From positions 1 through 64,000 of the forward strand of contig NIVC01001215.1 in assembly GCA_002269645.1 (NCBI GenBank): a DNA stretch of 64,000 nucleotides, read 5' to 3'. The notes beneath the pieces are model-generated. The model was not told where the DNA came from. It saw nothing but the letters and a program-made list of their open reading frames with translations, and did no database searches. Numbering within the stretch: position 1 is the stretch's first letter; every line of letters starts with the position of its first letter. Shown piece after piece: positions 11,850 to 25,900 of this stretch. The translations under genes and the position numbers were made by a program. This DNA is from Macrostomum lignano. Its lineage: Eukaryota.

Positions 11850-13996
11850 GTTGACCTGAGCTGCGTAACCTATTTTATTTGTACTTTTAGCTCGTATAGC
11901 TGCAGACACGTAATAATAACGAGTATCGCTAGAACTGGCCTTGTGTTTGTTGCTAAGCGTATCGCGGCCCTCAATCCTATCTGTTCCGATTTTTCCCCCG
12001 CTCCCTAGTTTGTTGTTTGTTGCTCTGGCGTGTCATCCATGCTGAGACTCGGAAGAATAAGTTAGCCACAATTGTAGCCAATTGTACAAGTTCCTCGGAT
12101 CCAATTTTATTAAGGAGTGTTACAAGGCAATTGTTGCTGTTGTGCTGTCTGCATTTTTATGACTATAATTAAATAAACGAGGCATCAGTGAGCCATTAAT
12201 GTATTTGTAACACCTGTTCCACTATTCCAAAAGCTAATTTGCTTTGTCATTTTCACGGTTTTATTATAAAAAATTCTTTTTAACTTTACAGCCGATTTTC
12301 TTTGTCGGCTTTAAGTTCTAGTTTTATTCGTAATACTTCAAGTACAAATTGTGTCTGTACGAGTAAAACCTCCGGGGATCGTAACATTTGAGCATTAAAA
12401 ATATGAACATCTGACTAGTCTGTATGAAATTTGAACATACATATAGTATAGCTTGATATTCTCACTGGAGCTCTTGCATGTAGAAAATAAAAATAATACA
12501 ACATAACATTACGAGTATTCAGAGTTTTAGAAACAACTCTATCAATTTTTGCGTAAACCTCGAACTACATGTATGTATTCCTTGCACACATAGTGTACAT
12601 TGTGAACTGTTCATGGTTAAAACTGTCTGGTAGTGCTAAATGTGGTACTATATAGTATAGTATACTATACTATTTCTAGTATCTGGTAAGCCCAGAAGTC
12701 TTTTCCGTTTATAATTCTGCTGGGTACACGATCGGACCGAGAACAGCTTGTCCTGAAGGTAATTAAGCTGTAACTCATTGGATCGGAATCAAGTGGAAAT
12801 ACATTCTTGGTCATCAAGATGCAGAGAGTATTTTTGACAGCTTTTTTCTTGCTAATGTGATCGATACTGATTAAAAACTCTTAAAGTGTCTAAAATTTGT
12901 GTCTAAAAGACTATTGGTAAAACTAAGGTAAAGTCTTTACGGCTTTTAGCACAGTTTAACAAAATAGTTTTTTAACTTTATTACCAATTTTTGCTAAGGC
13001 GCAATCCTGCAGTTAATTGACCGTTATATATATAAATAACTGTTGTTGGCTTACTTTCTAAAACAAATTTTTTGATCCAAATTTTAAATTGGCTGGTACG
13101 GATCAGAAATACAGGAATTATACTAGAAACATGATCTCTTCCTAAGTTTCGGAGAAAATGCCAGAAGATTACCAAGCTTCCTCCTTTTTGGTTGATATGG
13201 AACCTTATTAAGTCGGTTTTTGGTTTCTTCTGGTGACTCCTTTAAGTTACAATAATTTTCTCAAATTCTTAATATGTCACTTTCAGCATCTTCGAGGTCA
13301 AAATTTTATGTGGATCTTGTAAGCTATTGTTATTTTCTGTCTGATTCTTTCCAAAAAACAGACAGGGTTTTCGTTTCGAAAGAAGTCTAAGCTTTTTAAA
13401 AGATTGAAATTCTATGCTTAAAAATGCATTCTGCTACTAGTATTATTTCACTTCAGCTATTGCAACAATTAATTTATTTTTTTCAAATATAATGCAGCAG
13501 GTTCTGAGAATATAGTTCGAGCAGTCGAATTCCAACAAGGCAGCTTTTACTTGTTTTTTACTTTTGATTTCAGTATTCCTACTTTTTAAAGCTAATATTA
13601 AATACTTTTACTGCATTTATTTGACACAATTTGATATTTCTAATACATATAAGCAGGGATAATAAAATTTTAAAGAAACTTATTTAAAAATATTTTCTAA
13701 TTTGTACTCATAATTCATATTATTCTTTAGAGCAACAATATACAATTTCATGCTCTGTGGTTAAGAAAGCAATTTTATTTGTTACTTTTGATTAATTAAA
13801 CAATGCTTTTTCTAGGAAGACTCTCCACCAACAGAAATTGTGGAAGAGGGCTATGCTGTCTACACTATGAAGATGAAAAAGCAGTTTGTTTCTGCAACTG
13901 GTTCTCTGGTAAGCAGTACATAGTATCTGTAGCCCAACTATATCATTATGCCCTATACATTACCCAAATATTAAGCTACCCAAATAAACACCACAG

Positions 13997-16900
13997 CATC
14001 GACAGCTGGAACAGCCTCCAGAAGATCGAGCCTGCATTTTCATGGCCGGCTCTCTTGAGGCCATCGTGGAAGGCCTGGCGCCACCGGACCACCTGGAGGA
14101 CAAGGTGGACTGCCTGCACATGAACATTCTGCTCACCACCTATCCGGCTTTTGCTAGCACCGAGGAGCTGCTGCAGATCGTATTTGACAAGTGAGTTTGC
14201 TCATGTGCTGCAAGTGGTCAAGACTCAATACGTTATATGCTGAATACTTATTATTCAAATCAGTAGTAGTACATCGGTGGATTTTTCTCCCAGGCTCCGC
14301 AACGGCAGCAGCCGGGTGAACTCGGAGCGGCTGCGCGCGGCGCTGCTGGTGACGCTGAATGCTTGGCTTGCCGAGCCGTTCCAGGAGCTGCTTCGCCTGC
14401 CGCCGGAGTTTCGCGAGCTCCGCCTGCTGGCCGAAGGCTGCGAAGCGGCAGCCGCGGCTGCGGAGACCAGCGAGACCGCTGGCCGGCTCGACCTCCTGGC
14501 GAGGCTGGCACGCCGGCGGCTTGAAACTTTTGGCGCCGCCGCTGCTGCGGAGGCTTCGACTGCCGAGGCGGAGGCCGCAGGTTGCGGCGGTCAGGGCGGG
14601 AGGCGGCACTGGCGGAGGGTGGAGTGGGACGAGATCGACGACCTGCAGGTGGGTTTGGCCGGGTGGATTTTTAGAGTTTAGGGCCCACATCGGGATCTGC
14701 AGCTAAGCCCAGCATCCCTATGAGCTGATGGGGATCTGCAGCTAAGCCCAGCATCCCTATGAGCTGATGGGGATCTGCAGCTAAGCCCAGCATCCCTATG
14801 AGCTAATGGGGATCTGCAGTCGCACCCAACGCCTATGTTAGTGGCTTCGTATGCCACGAAAACTTGTCTATGGCTAAGAGAGCCTAGACTACAAAGTGCT
14901 GTATAATAAAGGGCAGTTAGCAAATAAAAGGAAGGAAAAGGAAGACGCGAGTTGTATCGAGAATGTACCGAGTGTCGGTAAAAATCAAAGTTTTAATCTT
15001 CCAAGTCTTTTGTGAGTTATGTTGTCGTAAAAGCCCACGACGATAACAATGGCGACGAGGACGCCAACTATGGAACTACTAGACGAAGGCGAGGATCCCC
15101 AAAGATGGAATCAGCGCTTCGAAATATGTGCCTCTCTAAACGACTGGAAAGATGACAAAAAGCGCAATGCCTTCCTGGCCTTGATTGGTAAGAAGACATT
15201 CAATATGCTCGCTGACGCTATTGTTCCGTACAAACTTGAGAAGAAGACGTATGATTATCTAAGCCAACTTCTCAAGAATCAAGTCAGAATGGAAAAGCCA
15301 ACGATTGCATGCAGATACGAATTTCATAAAGCAAAACAAGAGGCCAATGAAGACATTGTTACATACGGCAGAAGGTTAAGGCAGCTTTCTGAAGACTGCA
15401 GATTCGGAGAGGACGAGGGCAAGAACCGACTCCGCGATCAGTTCATATTTGGACTGTATAATAAAGAAATCCTCCGCAAGCTACTTGAGGAGGATATTGA
15501 GAAACAGACATGGGAAAGAGTTACGGCAGTGGCGACAGCCTGCGAAGCGGTGCAAAAGAGTGAAAAGCATATATCTGGCTCCAACGTACTACAAACACGG
15601 CATATCACAAGTCGGCAGCAGCCACAGAGAAGTGGTGAGTACCGGAAGAGCCAACCTACAAGGAATGCAGAGGGAAGAAGTAGCAAGGAGATTACTTGTC
15701 TTTGCTGTGGAAAAGTTGGCCATATGAAAACTAAGTGTCGCTTCAAAACACGAAAGTGTGATAAATGCGGTAAAGAAGGCCATTTAAAAAATATGTGCAA
15801 AGCTTCGAAATTCCGAAGTGACCAACGAGGACCATCAAGAGTGAGATTGATGCAAGAGCAACGGCAGCGTGAACAGTTGTCGGACGAATAAAAGTGCAGC
15901 AAAATCTTCTCATTGTCAGCCAGTAAGAGTAGGATTTCTAAGCGTGTGCAGATCAACGGTCAGTCAAGAGTGTGGGACGATCGTGGATATGGTATTTGAT
16001 ACTGGCGCGGATGCTTCACTGATGTCTATGGACACCTTCACCTTCAGACGGTTGGCCAAGCCTACAGAAGTAGTATCTACTGGTAGGAGTTTTAAAGACT
16101 TTCAAGGAAACTGCGGCCTTTGACTTAACTTAGCTGCAGGGTGGTCCGTAGACACAGCGGGGAGGCGAGGGTCGCCCATTCCGCTAGCCCCTGAAGGCCC
16201 GCAGACAGGCAGAGGCGTGGGGCCGGTCAGGGTGGTCCGCCGGTCCGTCCTGCAGCGTGATCTTCCGTTGGGAAGAAACTGGCTCGTCTAGTCGCCCGAA
16301 GGAACTGGATGAGCCGTGGGATGCTGTCGGGCTGGCAAACCTCGTCAATGGACGGGTTCGGCCCGAGGTAGCGTAGCCGGTCTCTGTTAAAGAAAGGGCA
16401 GTGACAGACAAAGTGCTGAGCATCTTCATTGTCGCACTCGCAAAAGGGGCAAATTTCGCTCTCGAGGTCGCCTCGGAGGAAGCAGTGCCTGGCGAGGTAG
16501 CCATGGCCGGTAAGGGTCATGACAAGGGCTCGAATATCCTTCCGATTCTGGTTCAGAAGGATGTTTCTGAGCCTGTGAGACGGGCAAGGAACCGCGGCAC
16601 GAGATTGCCGGCAGTTTTGGGTGCCCGCCCATCTGTCCCTGTGGAGGGAGTCAGCCCAGTCGTCGATCTGACGATTGATGACTGTCAAGGGCATAGGGAC
16701 CAGGGGGGCAGGGCCGAAAAAAGAGCCAGAGCCGCCCCTCTTGGCGAGGGTGTCTGCCAGCTCGTTCCCCGGAAACCCTGCGTGCCCTGGGATCCACTTC
16801 AGCCTGACAGTATTGCTTCTGGCCAGGAGGTTGAGCTGCCGGGCGCAGTCGGCGACTGTCCGGGAGTTCGTTGTGGTGTGGCAAAGGGCCTGTAAGGCCG

Positions 16901-19900
16901 CTTGGCTGTCGGAGTGGATGACAATAGTCTTTCCTCTCGTAACCTTGGCGTTTAGCTCTGCAGCGCAAGAGCTGATGGCAAGGACTTCGTTCTGGAAGAC
17001 TGTGGAGAGTCTACCAGTGTGCTGGGCATGCGTGGCAATTACGCGGCCGTTGATGATGATGCAGACCCCAAAGCCGGCGCGACCGTCTTTGATGGATCCG
17101 TCCGTGTAGCAATGGACCTCCTGGAAATTCCAGTGGTCATTGGCAGCATCCCTAGAGGGGATGGTGACCTTGTAGCGCTGAAAGAGGTTGAGAGTGCGGG
17201 GTTCGCCGTCAGATAGGACGTGGAGCCCGCCGCTGTCTCTCAAGTCCTTGAGGCAGAGGTCAGCGTGGGGCAGAAGCTTGCGCTTAGCCATGGCCCTATG
17301 GGGCTGGATTCGAATGCCAGCGTCAGCTAGACGGCGGGCAGTCTTAGCCGCTTCCCTGCGGACAAAGATGTCCAGCGGAGGAATGTTGAGGAAGGCGTTG
17401 AGGCCATCGTAAGGAGCAGACGGAGGGGCGCTCATGATCGTGCGACAAGCGCGCCCTTGCGCTCTCCTGAGAGCCTCTAGACAGGTCTTTATCTGCAGGG
17501 CGCTAGCCCAGATCAGGCCGCCATACGAGATAGCGGGCCTAACCATTGCAGTGTAGATCCACCAGAGGCGCTTGGGGGTGAGCCCCCAGGTGGTGCCGAC
17601 GGCCCTGCGCAATTGCGCGAGGACTGCGAAGGCCTTTTTGGCTTTTGTTTGAACGTGGGGAGACCAGTTCAGCCTGTGGTCCAGGGTAATACCCAGACAT
17701 TTAGTCTGCTTGCAGAAGGGGATTTCCCTTCCGTAAAGCGTGAGCGGCCGAATCTGCCACTTGGTCCTGCTGGTGAACATGATCGCTGCGGTCTTAGTCT
17801 CAGAGAGCCTTAAACCACAGCGGTCCGCCCATTGCTCAGCAGCGTAGATGAAGTTCTGAAGAAGGTCCCTGAGGGTATCAGGGGACGGACCAGATGCCAC
17901 CGCGGTGACATCGTCCGCATATCCAACTTTCAGAATGGGGTCAGGCCGAACATCCCGGAGGAGCTCATCGATGACCATATTCCAGAGAACTGGAGACAGC
18001 ACCCCACCTTGCGGGCTACCTTTGCAGACGGGGACCGTCCTCTGGTAGCCCAGCAGACTGGCGGTGGCCGTGCGATGGCTGATCATGTACATGATCCATC
18101 TGGTGAGATGTGAGTGCGTTAGCCTCTCACAAAGAGCTCTTCGGAACGCCTCAAAGAGGACGTTATCGAAGGCGCCAATGATGTCCAGGAAGATCCCCAG
18201 AGCAAAGCCACTACCAAGCACGGCCTTCTCGAGTTTATCGACCAGGACGTGCAGCGCGCTTTCAGTGGAGCGACCCGCCCGAAAAGCGTGCTGGTTCTCG
18301 CTGAGAGGTTTGTTCTTCAGCTCAACAGAGAGAAGGCGCCAAAGCACCAGTCTCTCCATCAGCTTGACCAGGGAGGAGGTCAAGCTGATCGGTCTGAAGG
18401 ATTTGATAGAATGGTAGTCCGGGCGGCCTGGCTTAGGGATAAAGATCACCTTTGCCTCGGTCCATGCCTGCGGGACATAACCAAGCGTGATGCATGCCCG
18501 AAGAAGGCTGCAAAGTTTGCGCAGGAAGCCTGGGCATTTAACCGCCTCTCTTAGAAGGGCCGGTACAATGCCGTCGGGTCCTGGGGCTTTGAAAGGCTTG
18601 AAGGAATTTGCCGCTCTCACAATGCGGTCCTCCGTGATGATAGATGCAGCCAGCGCGTGACCTCCCTCCGAGTGATCCGGAGTGGTCTGGTTAGCTGGCT
18701 CGTTAGGGAAAAACGCAGTGAGCATTACATCAAGCGTTTCCCCTGGGTTGTCCGTGGACGTACCGTCGGTGCGTTTGACCGAGGAGAGCTTAGACATTTT
18801 GTCCAGCGTGAGCGCTTTCACAACTCTGGAGGTGGGGCGTGAGCCCTCTAGCTCCTCACAGTATTGTCGCCATTTTTGAGCCTTTTTGAGCCAAACTGCG
18901 GCCAGTCAATGGTTGCTGTGAAGTTCAATGGGATCACAGCTGAGCTTTCCATCTTCATTGTGGACAATTCAAGTGCTGCAAGCATCTACGGCCTCGAGTG
19001 GATGCGTAAGTTGGAACCGGAGCTCAATATTTATCAGGTCAAAAACTTTAAAGCACACCTAACGCTGAAGGAAGGTTCAACGCCTGTGTTCTTCAAGCCA
19101 AGGCCGCTGCCATATGGTCTGAGGCACAGTGTGAAGAAGAGTTGGATAGAATGGAAAAAGATATGATTTTAAAGAAGGTAGACCAGAGCAAGTGGGCCAC
19201 GCCAATTGTCTGCGTTAGGAAACAAAATGGAAGGATAAGACTCTGCGGCGACTATAAGGTGACTAAATAAATTTCTCTGTGACATGGTTTCCACGACTCC
19301 TAGCATCGAGGACGTGCTTCACCGTATGGAATAGGTGCAGTACTAGAGCTATCCAAGGGACCTGTCTTGTTCATCTCCAAGACTCTCAGCCAGGCCGAGC
19401 GAAATTATGCACAGATAGGGCGTGAAGCTCTAGCGATTGTGTGGACCGTGAAGCGACTACGCAAATATCTGTTCGCTCGAAAGTTTACTTTGGTGACTGA
19501 CCACCGTCCACTTAAGTATATATTCGATCCAGCCAAGAGCATCAATAGTCTCGCAACGGCTAGAATTCAGCGTTGGGCAGTTGCTCTTATGTCTTATGAC
19601 TACGAAGTAGAGTGCCGTCGGTCAGAAGAGATTCCAGTAGCCGACGCACTGTCCAGATTAAGATCAACGAAGGCCGATTTGCAACAATTTGACGTAAGCT
19701 CAGTTCAGGACACCCTACTTGTGGAAAAGTTGTACTTGTGGAAATTTCTTTTTTGATCGAAAAAAAGAAATTCGTCAACAGTCGCTGAAGGACGCTATAA
19801 TGCGAAGGCTTTTCGCCCAAGTCAAGCATGGTTGGACCGAGACTGGAAGACGTCAGCTTCAGGAATATGCCAGGTTCGAAAATGAAATGTCCATTAAAAG

Positions 19901-22900
19901 CGGGATAGTGTAACGCGGAAGCAGGATCGTTGTTCCAACAGCGTTGCGCAAAACTGTGCTTAGCGCATTACACGAGGGACATCTGGGTGCCGAGCGGATG
20001 AAGTCTATAGCACGACCGTGTGTGTGGTGTCCGTCAGTTGACAGGGACATTGAACACCTGTCCAAGACATATACCAATTGTCAGTCGCAAAAAGATCACG
20101 CTAAGTGCGCGTGGACACCATGGCCTCAAGAAACGGAAAAGTGGAGCCGAGTTCACATCGACTTCGTTGGACCTTTAAAGACTTTGTAAAGACCCACGAC
20201 GATAACAGCCTATATGGGATTTGAAAACCCGTCTTTAGAGGTCGAGTGGGATCCCTTTTTAACCGGGAGTTTAGGATCTCATTCTATCTCTACCCAGCAT
20301 CCTTATAAGTCGATGAGGACCCGGCTGACGCCGCCCCCATTCCGCAGGTGGCGGAGCAGCTAACCCGCCTGGACGCCCGCCTTTTCGAGTCGGTGCGGCT
20401 GCACGAGTGCCTGGGCTCGCAGTGGGGCCGCCACCGCCGCAGCGGCTGCTCGCCCAGCGTCGACGCTACGGTGCAGCAGTTCAACCGGGTGTGCAGCCTG
20501 GTGGCCAGCCAGGCGCTGCAGCCGGGCCTGCAGCCTGAGGACCGGGCGCAGCTGCTGAACAGGTGGATCCACATCGCCCAGTACCTGCGGAGAGGCGCAG
20601 CTTCTCCTCCCTGTGCGCCATCGTCTGCACGCTGAACCTGCAGTGCCTGCGGCGTCTCAGCCGCGTCTGGCGCCGCGTGCCGTCGGCCAGCCGCGACCTG
20701 CTGGCCGAGCTGTCGCAATTCGCCAACGCCGGCGAGAATTTCCAGGCGCCGCGGCGCGCCATGCACTGGGAGGGCACCGGCAAGGCGCTCAGCCGCCAGC
20801 TGTCCGTGCCGGGCGGCGTCGGCGGCATCGGCAGTCACCGCACCGCCTCCAGCGTGAGCCGCTTGGGTTGACTGGCGGGATGGAGTGACTGGCGGGACGG
20901 AATGACTGGCGGGGTAGAGTGACTGCTAGGATTGAGTGACTAGCAATTGAGATACATCCGGAGTGACTGGCTGTAGAGGCAGAATCCGGAGTGACTGGCT
21001 GTAGAGACAAAATCCGGAGTGACTGGCAGTAGACGCAAAATCCGGAGTTACTGGCTATAAAAATCGGCAGAGAAGCGAAATCACTGTGGCTTCGCCTCCC
21101 CCCCCGCCGCAGCTGTCTCTGAGCGAGTCCTCCGGCACGGTGCCCTATCTCGGCACCTTCCTGACGGACCTGGAGGGGCTGCACTCCGCATTCCCGGAGC
21201 GAGTCCACGGTGGCCTCATCAACTTCGACAAGCGGCGCCGCGAGTACGACATCCTGGCCCGCCTGCGGCTGTACCAGGTCACCTGCCGGCAGTACCAGTA
21301 CTGCGAGGATGCCAGGTTTGAGCACTGGCTCAGCACCATCGAGCTGCTCAGCGATGAGCAACAGCAGCTGCTCAGTCTGGAGATTCAGCCGGAGCGGAGG
21401 TTTGTGTCCACTGTGTGACCTGCGTGACTGCGGTGTAACCTGCGTGTCTGCTGTGTGACCTGCGTGTCTTCTGGGTGATCTGTGTCTGTCTGCTGTGTGA
21501 CCTGCCTGTCTGCTGTGTGACATGCGTGTCTGTGGTGTGACCTGCGTGTCTGCTGGGTGATCTGTCTGTTCGCTGTTCGCCTGTTCGTCTGTTCGCTGCA
21601 TCTTCTAGGCTACATGTCGGCGAGGGCCTTCTGTATAGAATGAAGTCATGTATTATTTTTTTGGTTTAGAATCAAGTTCTCAAGTATCAAGTTTAGATAC
21701 AACTATACATGCACCATCATTCAACTAAATATCAATAAAATCAGCATGAATTAGAAAATTTTGTGTCGCCTTACCTGTTCTCACTAAGCCGCGGAATCTT
21801 CTTTGAAGGTGGTAGCTGCCGATCTTCGTCCTCGAAGTCCAGCTGCTCTGCTTCAAAGTCACATGGCCGCTTCATTATATTTCTTTTCTGGTGCTTTTAA
21901 AACTATTTTGTTTGGAGAAGTACTCTCGTAGCTCTTCGATGAAAGCTGAAAGTGAACAGAATTAGAAAAAAATGTTTGTTAAAAACTACAGTACAGCATT
22001 GTTTGGCAGTAAAAGTCGCACAGCTTAGCCTATCTTTCCTAAAGAGTTTGAAGATCCTTTTTGAACCAAAGAGAAATAGAAGAGAAGTAAGATCTTAGGC
22101 CTAAAACATAAAAACATAAAAACAACTATAAGAGCACACTCTAGAAGGCAGATTGTAGGAGAGATTGTAGGAGTATAGCTATAAATTGAATAGAAATGAA
22201 ATGAAGCAGAAAAGTACTAATTAATCGTATATAGATGCAATTATTAAACATGCAAAAAGCAAAATGCAACAACATTCTTAAAAAAATTAGTAATGAATGG
22301 ACGTACGGTGCTAAAAATTTAATTATATACAATAACACTTGGTTTACAGCTTACAGAGTAGTGGACGAGTAAATAATTGGCACCTAATAAATTACAACTA
22401 TAAAAAGTGGAATACAAATATGAAATCGAAATTAGTCGAAAAGTACAAAGTCGTTACAACACAACATCACACAAGTAAATAAATGAAAGTTAACAAGATA
22501 AGATAGTTAATTAAGCACAAGGTTGATACAATTTTTTGGCGCACTTTTCCACGATGAAAATTTGTTCATCGAAGTCCCCTCAGTCGAGTGACAACTTGCG
22601 AGTAATAAGCCGCTTGCTCGGCTTAATTGGGTTCTTGCTCTTCGGCCCGTTGTTCGCCAAGAGCTCTTTAATGATGGACTTGATTTTTCTCCCAACGTGT
22701 TCATCCTCTCAATCGACGCCTCCGCCTTTGTAGAATTTCCTCGCTTCGGGAATTTCCGCTTCTCCTCTGAAAAACAACGCTGTTCGCTGGCTATTTTCGT
22801 TAGCCAAATCGTCGTCTGAGCCGCCGCAGTCGTTCGCTAGGTCGTCGGAACAGACCTGGCTCTCGTTGGGATCAGCAGGTGGTCTAAGGGCGGATTTGCC

Positions 22901-25900
22901 CTTAAAAACGAATCACGCGGCTGTCCTGTACAGTTATTGGGCGACATGCGTCCGTCCCTGCGACATGTCCGCCCTGGAAAACGAATAATGAAGTACAAAG
23001 AAAAAGATAAAAGAATCAGAAGACAGAAGAGGCACAAGTCATTTGCGCAAGAAATTCATATGAGAATATCTGGCAATACGGAGAGAGAATGGGGTCGGCA
23101 TAATTTGTTAACAGAGATAAATCCCCACAAAATTACCCGAACAACAACAGTAAAAAATTCTTCATGTTGAGTAAGTAGTAGGAATCTAATATGTACTACC
23201 CGAGATCACTACCCAATGTCTGAAGTTCCGCTAGAAGTGTTTTAAAATGCTTTAAAAAGTCTATTTAACTCTGTAATTTCTGTTAAAAGTGCCTTTATCT
23301 ACGTAACTGGACATACATACATGCATGACTCAAATATGGCAGTGGGTGAGCCCAGACTCAGTTGATGAAAGCCGAAATGTGTCTACAGAAATGACCACAA
23401 AATTATCTGAACAACAGTCAGCGGTGTCTGAACATTTTTCAAGTGGGGGGAAGGCTATTGGTGGGAAGGCACATCGCACATTAATTTTTTTAATCCAGGG
23501 ACACCCCAACTCCTGCTGTTATGTCAGTTTGTGACATTTTTACAGCCACCCCCTCCGGTTCCGACACCCCTGACAACAGTAAACATTCTTCATGTTGACT
23601 GAGTGGTAAAAATCCAATCTATATGGCTCAAAATCCCTCAGGAATTACCTTCAATCATTTACATCTCTGAGCAGATATCGAGGATAGACTCAATGAATAA
23701 TCTCTTACTATAAGTATATAGCACAAAAAGCAAAAATAAAATGTCAAGAGCATCTCTACGACAAAGCAAATTGTAAGCAAATTGAAAAGGAAATTGTGGT
23801 ACTGCGTTTGCACCTGGCAGAGGTGCCAGAAAAGGTACTGAGATAACGTCACTCGGGTCTCATTTTGGACATAAACCAGAAAACACATAGATTCCAAAGA
23901 AGGGCCAAAACACAAACTCACCATGTACACAATGTATAGACTTCGTCGTTTCCCGACCGAATACTGATGTCGAAGCTTCTTTCCGAAGCAGACGGGATAG
24001 TCGGCACCATTGAAGTCGAAGCCGACAACGCTGCATCTTCTTCCTCACATGTCGGCGAGGGACTTCTGTATAGAATGAAGTCATGTATTATTTTTTTTGG
24101 TTTAGAATCAAGTTCTCAAGTATCAAGTTTAGATACAACTATACATGCACCATCATTCAACTAAATATCAATGAAATCAGCATGAATTAGAAAATTTTGT
24201 GTCGCCTTACCTGTTCTCACTAAGCCGCGGAATCTTCTTTGAAGGTGGTAGCTGCCGATCCTCGTCCTCGAAGTCCAGCTGCTCTGCTTCAAAGTCACAT
24301 GGCCGCTTCATTATATTTCTTCTCTGGTGCTTTTAAAACTATTTTGTTTGGAGAAGTACTCTCGTAGCTCTTCGATGAAAGCTGAAAGTGAACAGAATTT
24401 AAAAAAATGTTAGTTAAAAATTACAGTACAGCACTGTTTGGCAGTAAAAGTCGCACAGCTTAGCCTATCTTTCCTAAAGAGTTTGAAGAGCCTTTTTGAA
24501 CCAAAGAGAAATAGAAGAGAAGTAAGATCTTAGGCCTAAAACATAAAAACATAAAAACAACTATAAGAGCACACTCTAGAAGGCAGATTGTAGGAGAGAT
24601 TGTAGGAGTATAGCTATAAATTGAATAGAAATGAAGTGAAGCAGAAAAGTACTAATTAATCGTATATAGATGCAATTATAAACATGCAAAAAGCAAAATG
24701 CAACAACACTCTTAAAAAAATTAGTAATGAATGGACGTACGGTGTTAAAAATTCAATTATATACAATAACACTTGGTTTACAGCTTACTGAGTAGTGGAC
24801 GAGTAAATAATTGGCACCTAATAAATTACAACTATAAATAATGGAATACAAATATGAAATCGAAATTAGTCGAAAAGTACAAAGTGGTTACAACACAACA
24901 TCACAACAAGTAAATAAATGAAAGTTAAGCACACGATGAAAGAAACAAGATAAAAGTTAATTAAGCACAAGGTTGATACATTATTTTTTGGCGCGTTGCA
25001 AATGGTTACAAAGTGTATAATAGAATTCGCAAACAGGAAAAAACACCACAACATTTATAAAAAATTAAGTAATGAATTGACTTAAGTAATGAATGGTAAT
25101 AAAAATGCATTAATATACAACGAGTAGTGGACGAGTAAATTGGCACCTAATAAATTACTTTAAACTATAAATGGAATACAAATAGAATTAGTAAACATGC
25201 AAAAAAGATGAAGTAATAAAATGAAAATTAAAAACATTGTCTTTAGACGTATAATGTCAGATATTGTCATTCAATCATTTCTTTTGCGAAGTCGCGACCA
25301 TTGGGACTTCCATCTATTAATTTGCATTGTCATGCTGTCAGCAACTTCGGCCTTGTCCACAAACCGCAAGGACTGATGTGTCGCGACGTACTGATTGTAC
25401 GCGGTCTTGCTTGGTGGGATCGGGCAGTTGCTACTCGGACCATTAAGACGCAGCAGCTCATCAACAACTGCACTGATTTTCAAGCCGTTGGCTGTCTGCA
25501 TGCGTCGCTTTGACTCAGTGCGCTTCTCTGCTGCTGTTAACACTCTAGGAGTGTTGACTTCATGGTGAACGGCCGCATTGGCTCGATAGGCCTCCTGGCT
25601 AATGATTTGGTTCATCTCATTGTAACCATTGTAGGCCTGGGTAACCATTCCGCCAGGTTCGTCCATTGTCGTAGGGGAATTTATTGTACTGATACTCGGC
25701 TGTTTTGCTGACTGCTGAGTGTTCACTGGTGTCGAGAACAGCGCGTTTGCAGTTTCCACAGACGCCTCCACGATGGGTGTGAGATTCCTCCTTGAATAAG
25801 AGGAATTTTAGTGGCGAGAGGTAAAGAACAAGTGCAAAAAATGTAAAATGCGTATACCTCTTTTAAAATGACGGGATTATGTGCAGCGAATGACGGAGAT

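Larger units (their letters stand above)
15940..20189 (+). pseudogene. Disrupted pol of the Mag-type element (protease, RT stub, RNase H, truncated integrase)
   Basis: VFDTGAD protease interrupted by the LINE; PVFFKPRPLPY and RLCGDYK; ASPYGIGAVL..SKTLSQAERNYAQ; LHEGHLG and RVHIDFVGP, then truncation; stops and frameshifts. Confidence 0.88.
14836..20207 (+). mobile_element. Mag-type Gypsy LTR retrotransposon, internally deleted, in a RalGDS intron
   Basis: 5' LTR 14836-15048 (TG..CA); PBS TGGCGACGAGG; 5-bp TSD GCCTA at 14831-14835 and 20208-20212; only about 20 bp of the 3' LTR end remain (cccacgacgataaca). Confidence 0.92.

Noticed and set aside
11900-13950. AT-rich region searched for RalGDS 5' exons and transposon ends
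   Set aside because: No convincing exon, TIR/TSD pair or Helitron hairpin found by eye
15438-15956. 172-aa minus-strand ORF
   Set aside because: Antisense shadow of gag with no motif
23361-23383. Minimal hammerhead-like TGATGA..CGAAA..GTC
   Set aside because: C3 is T, there is no stem II, and stem I does not pair
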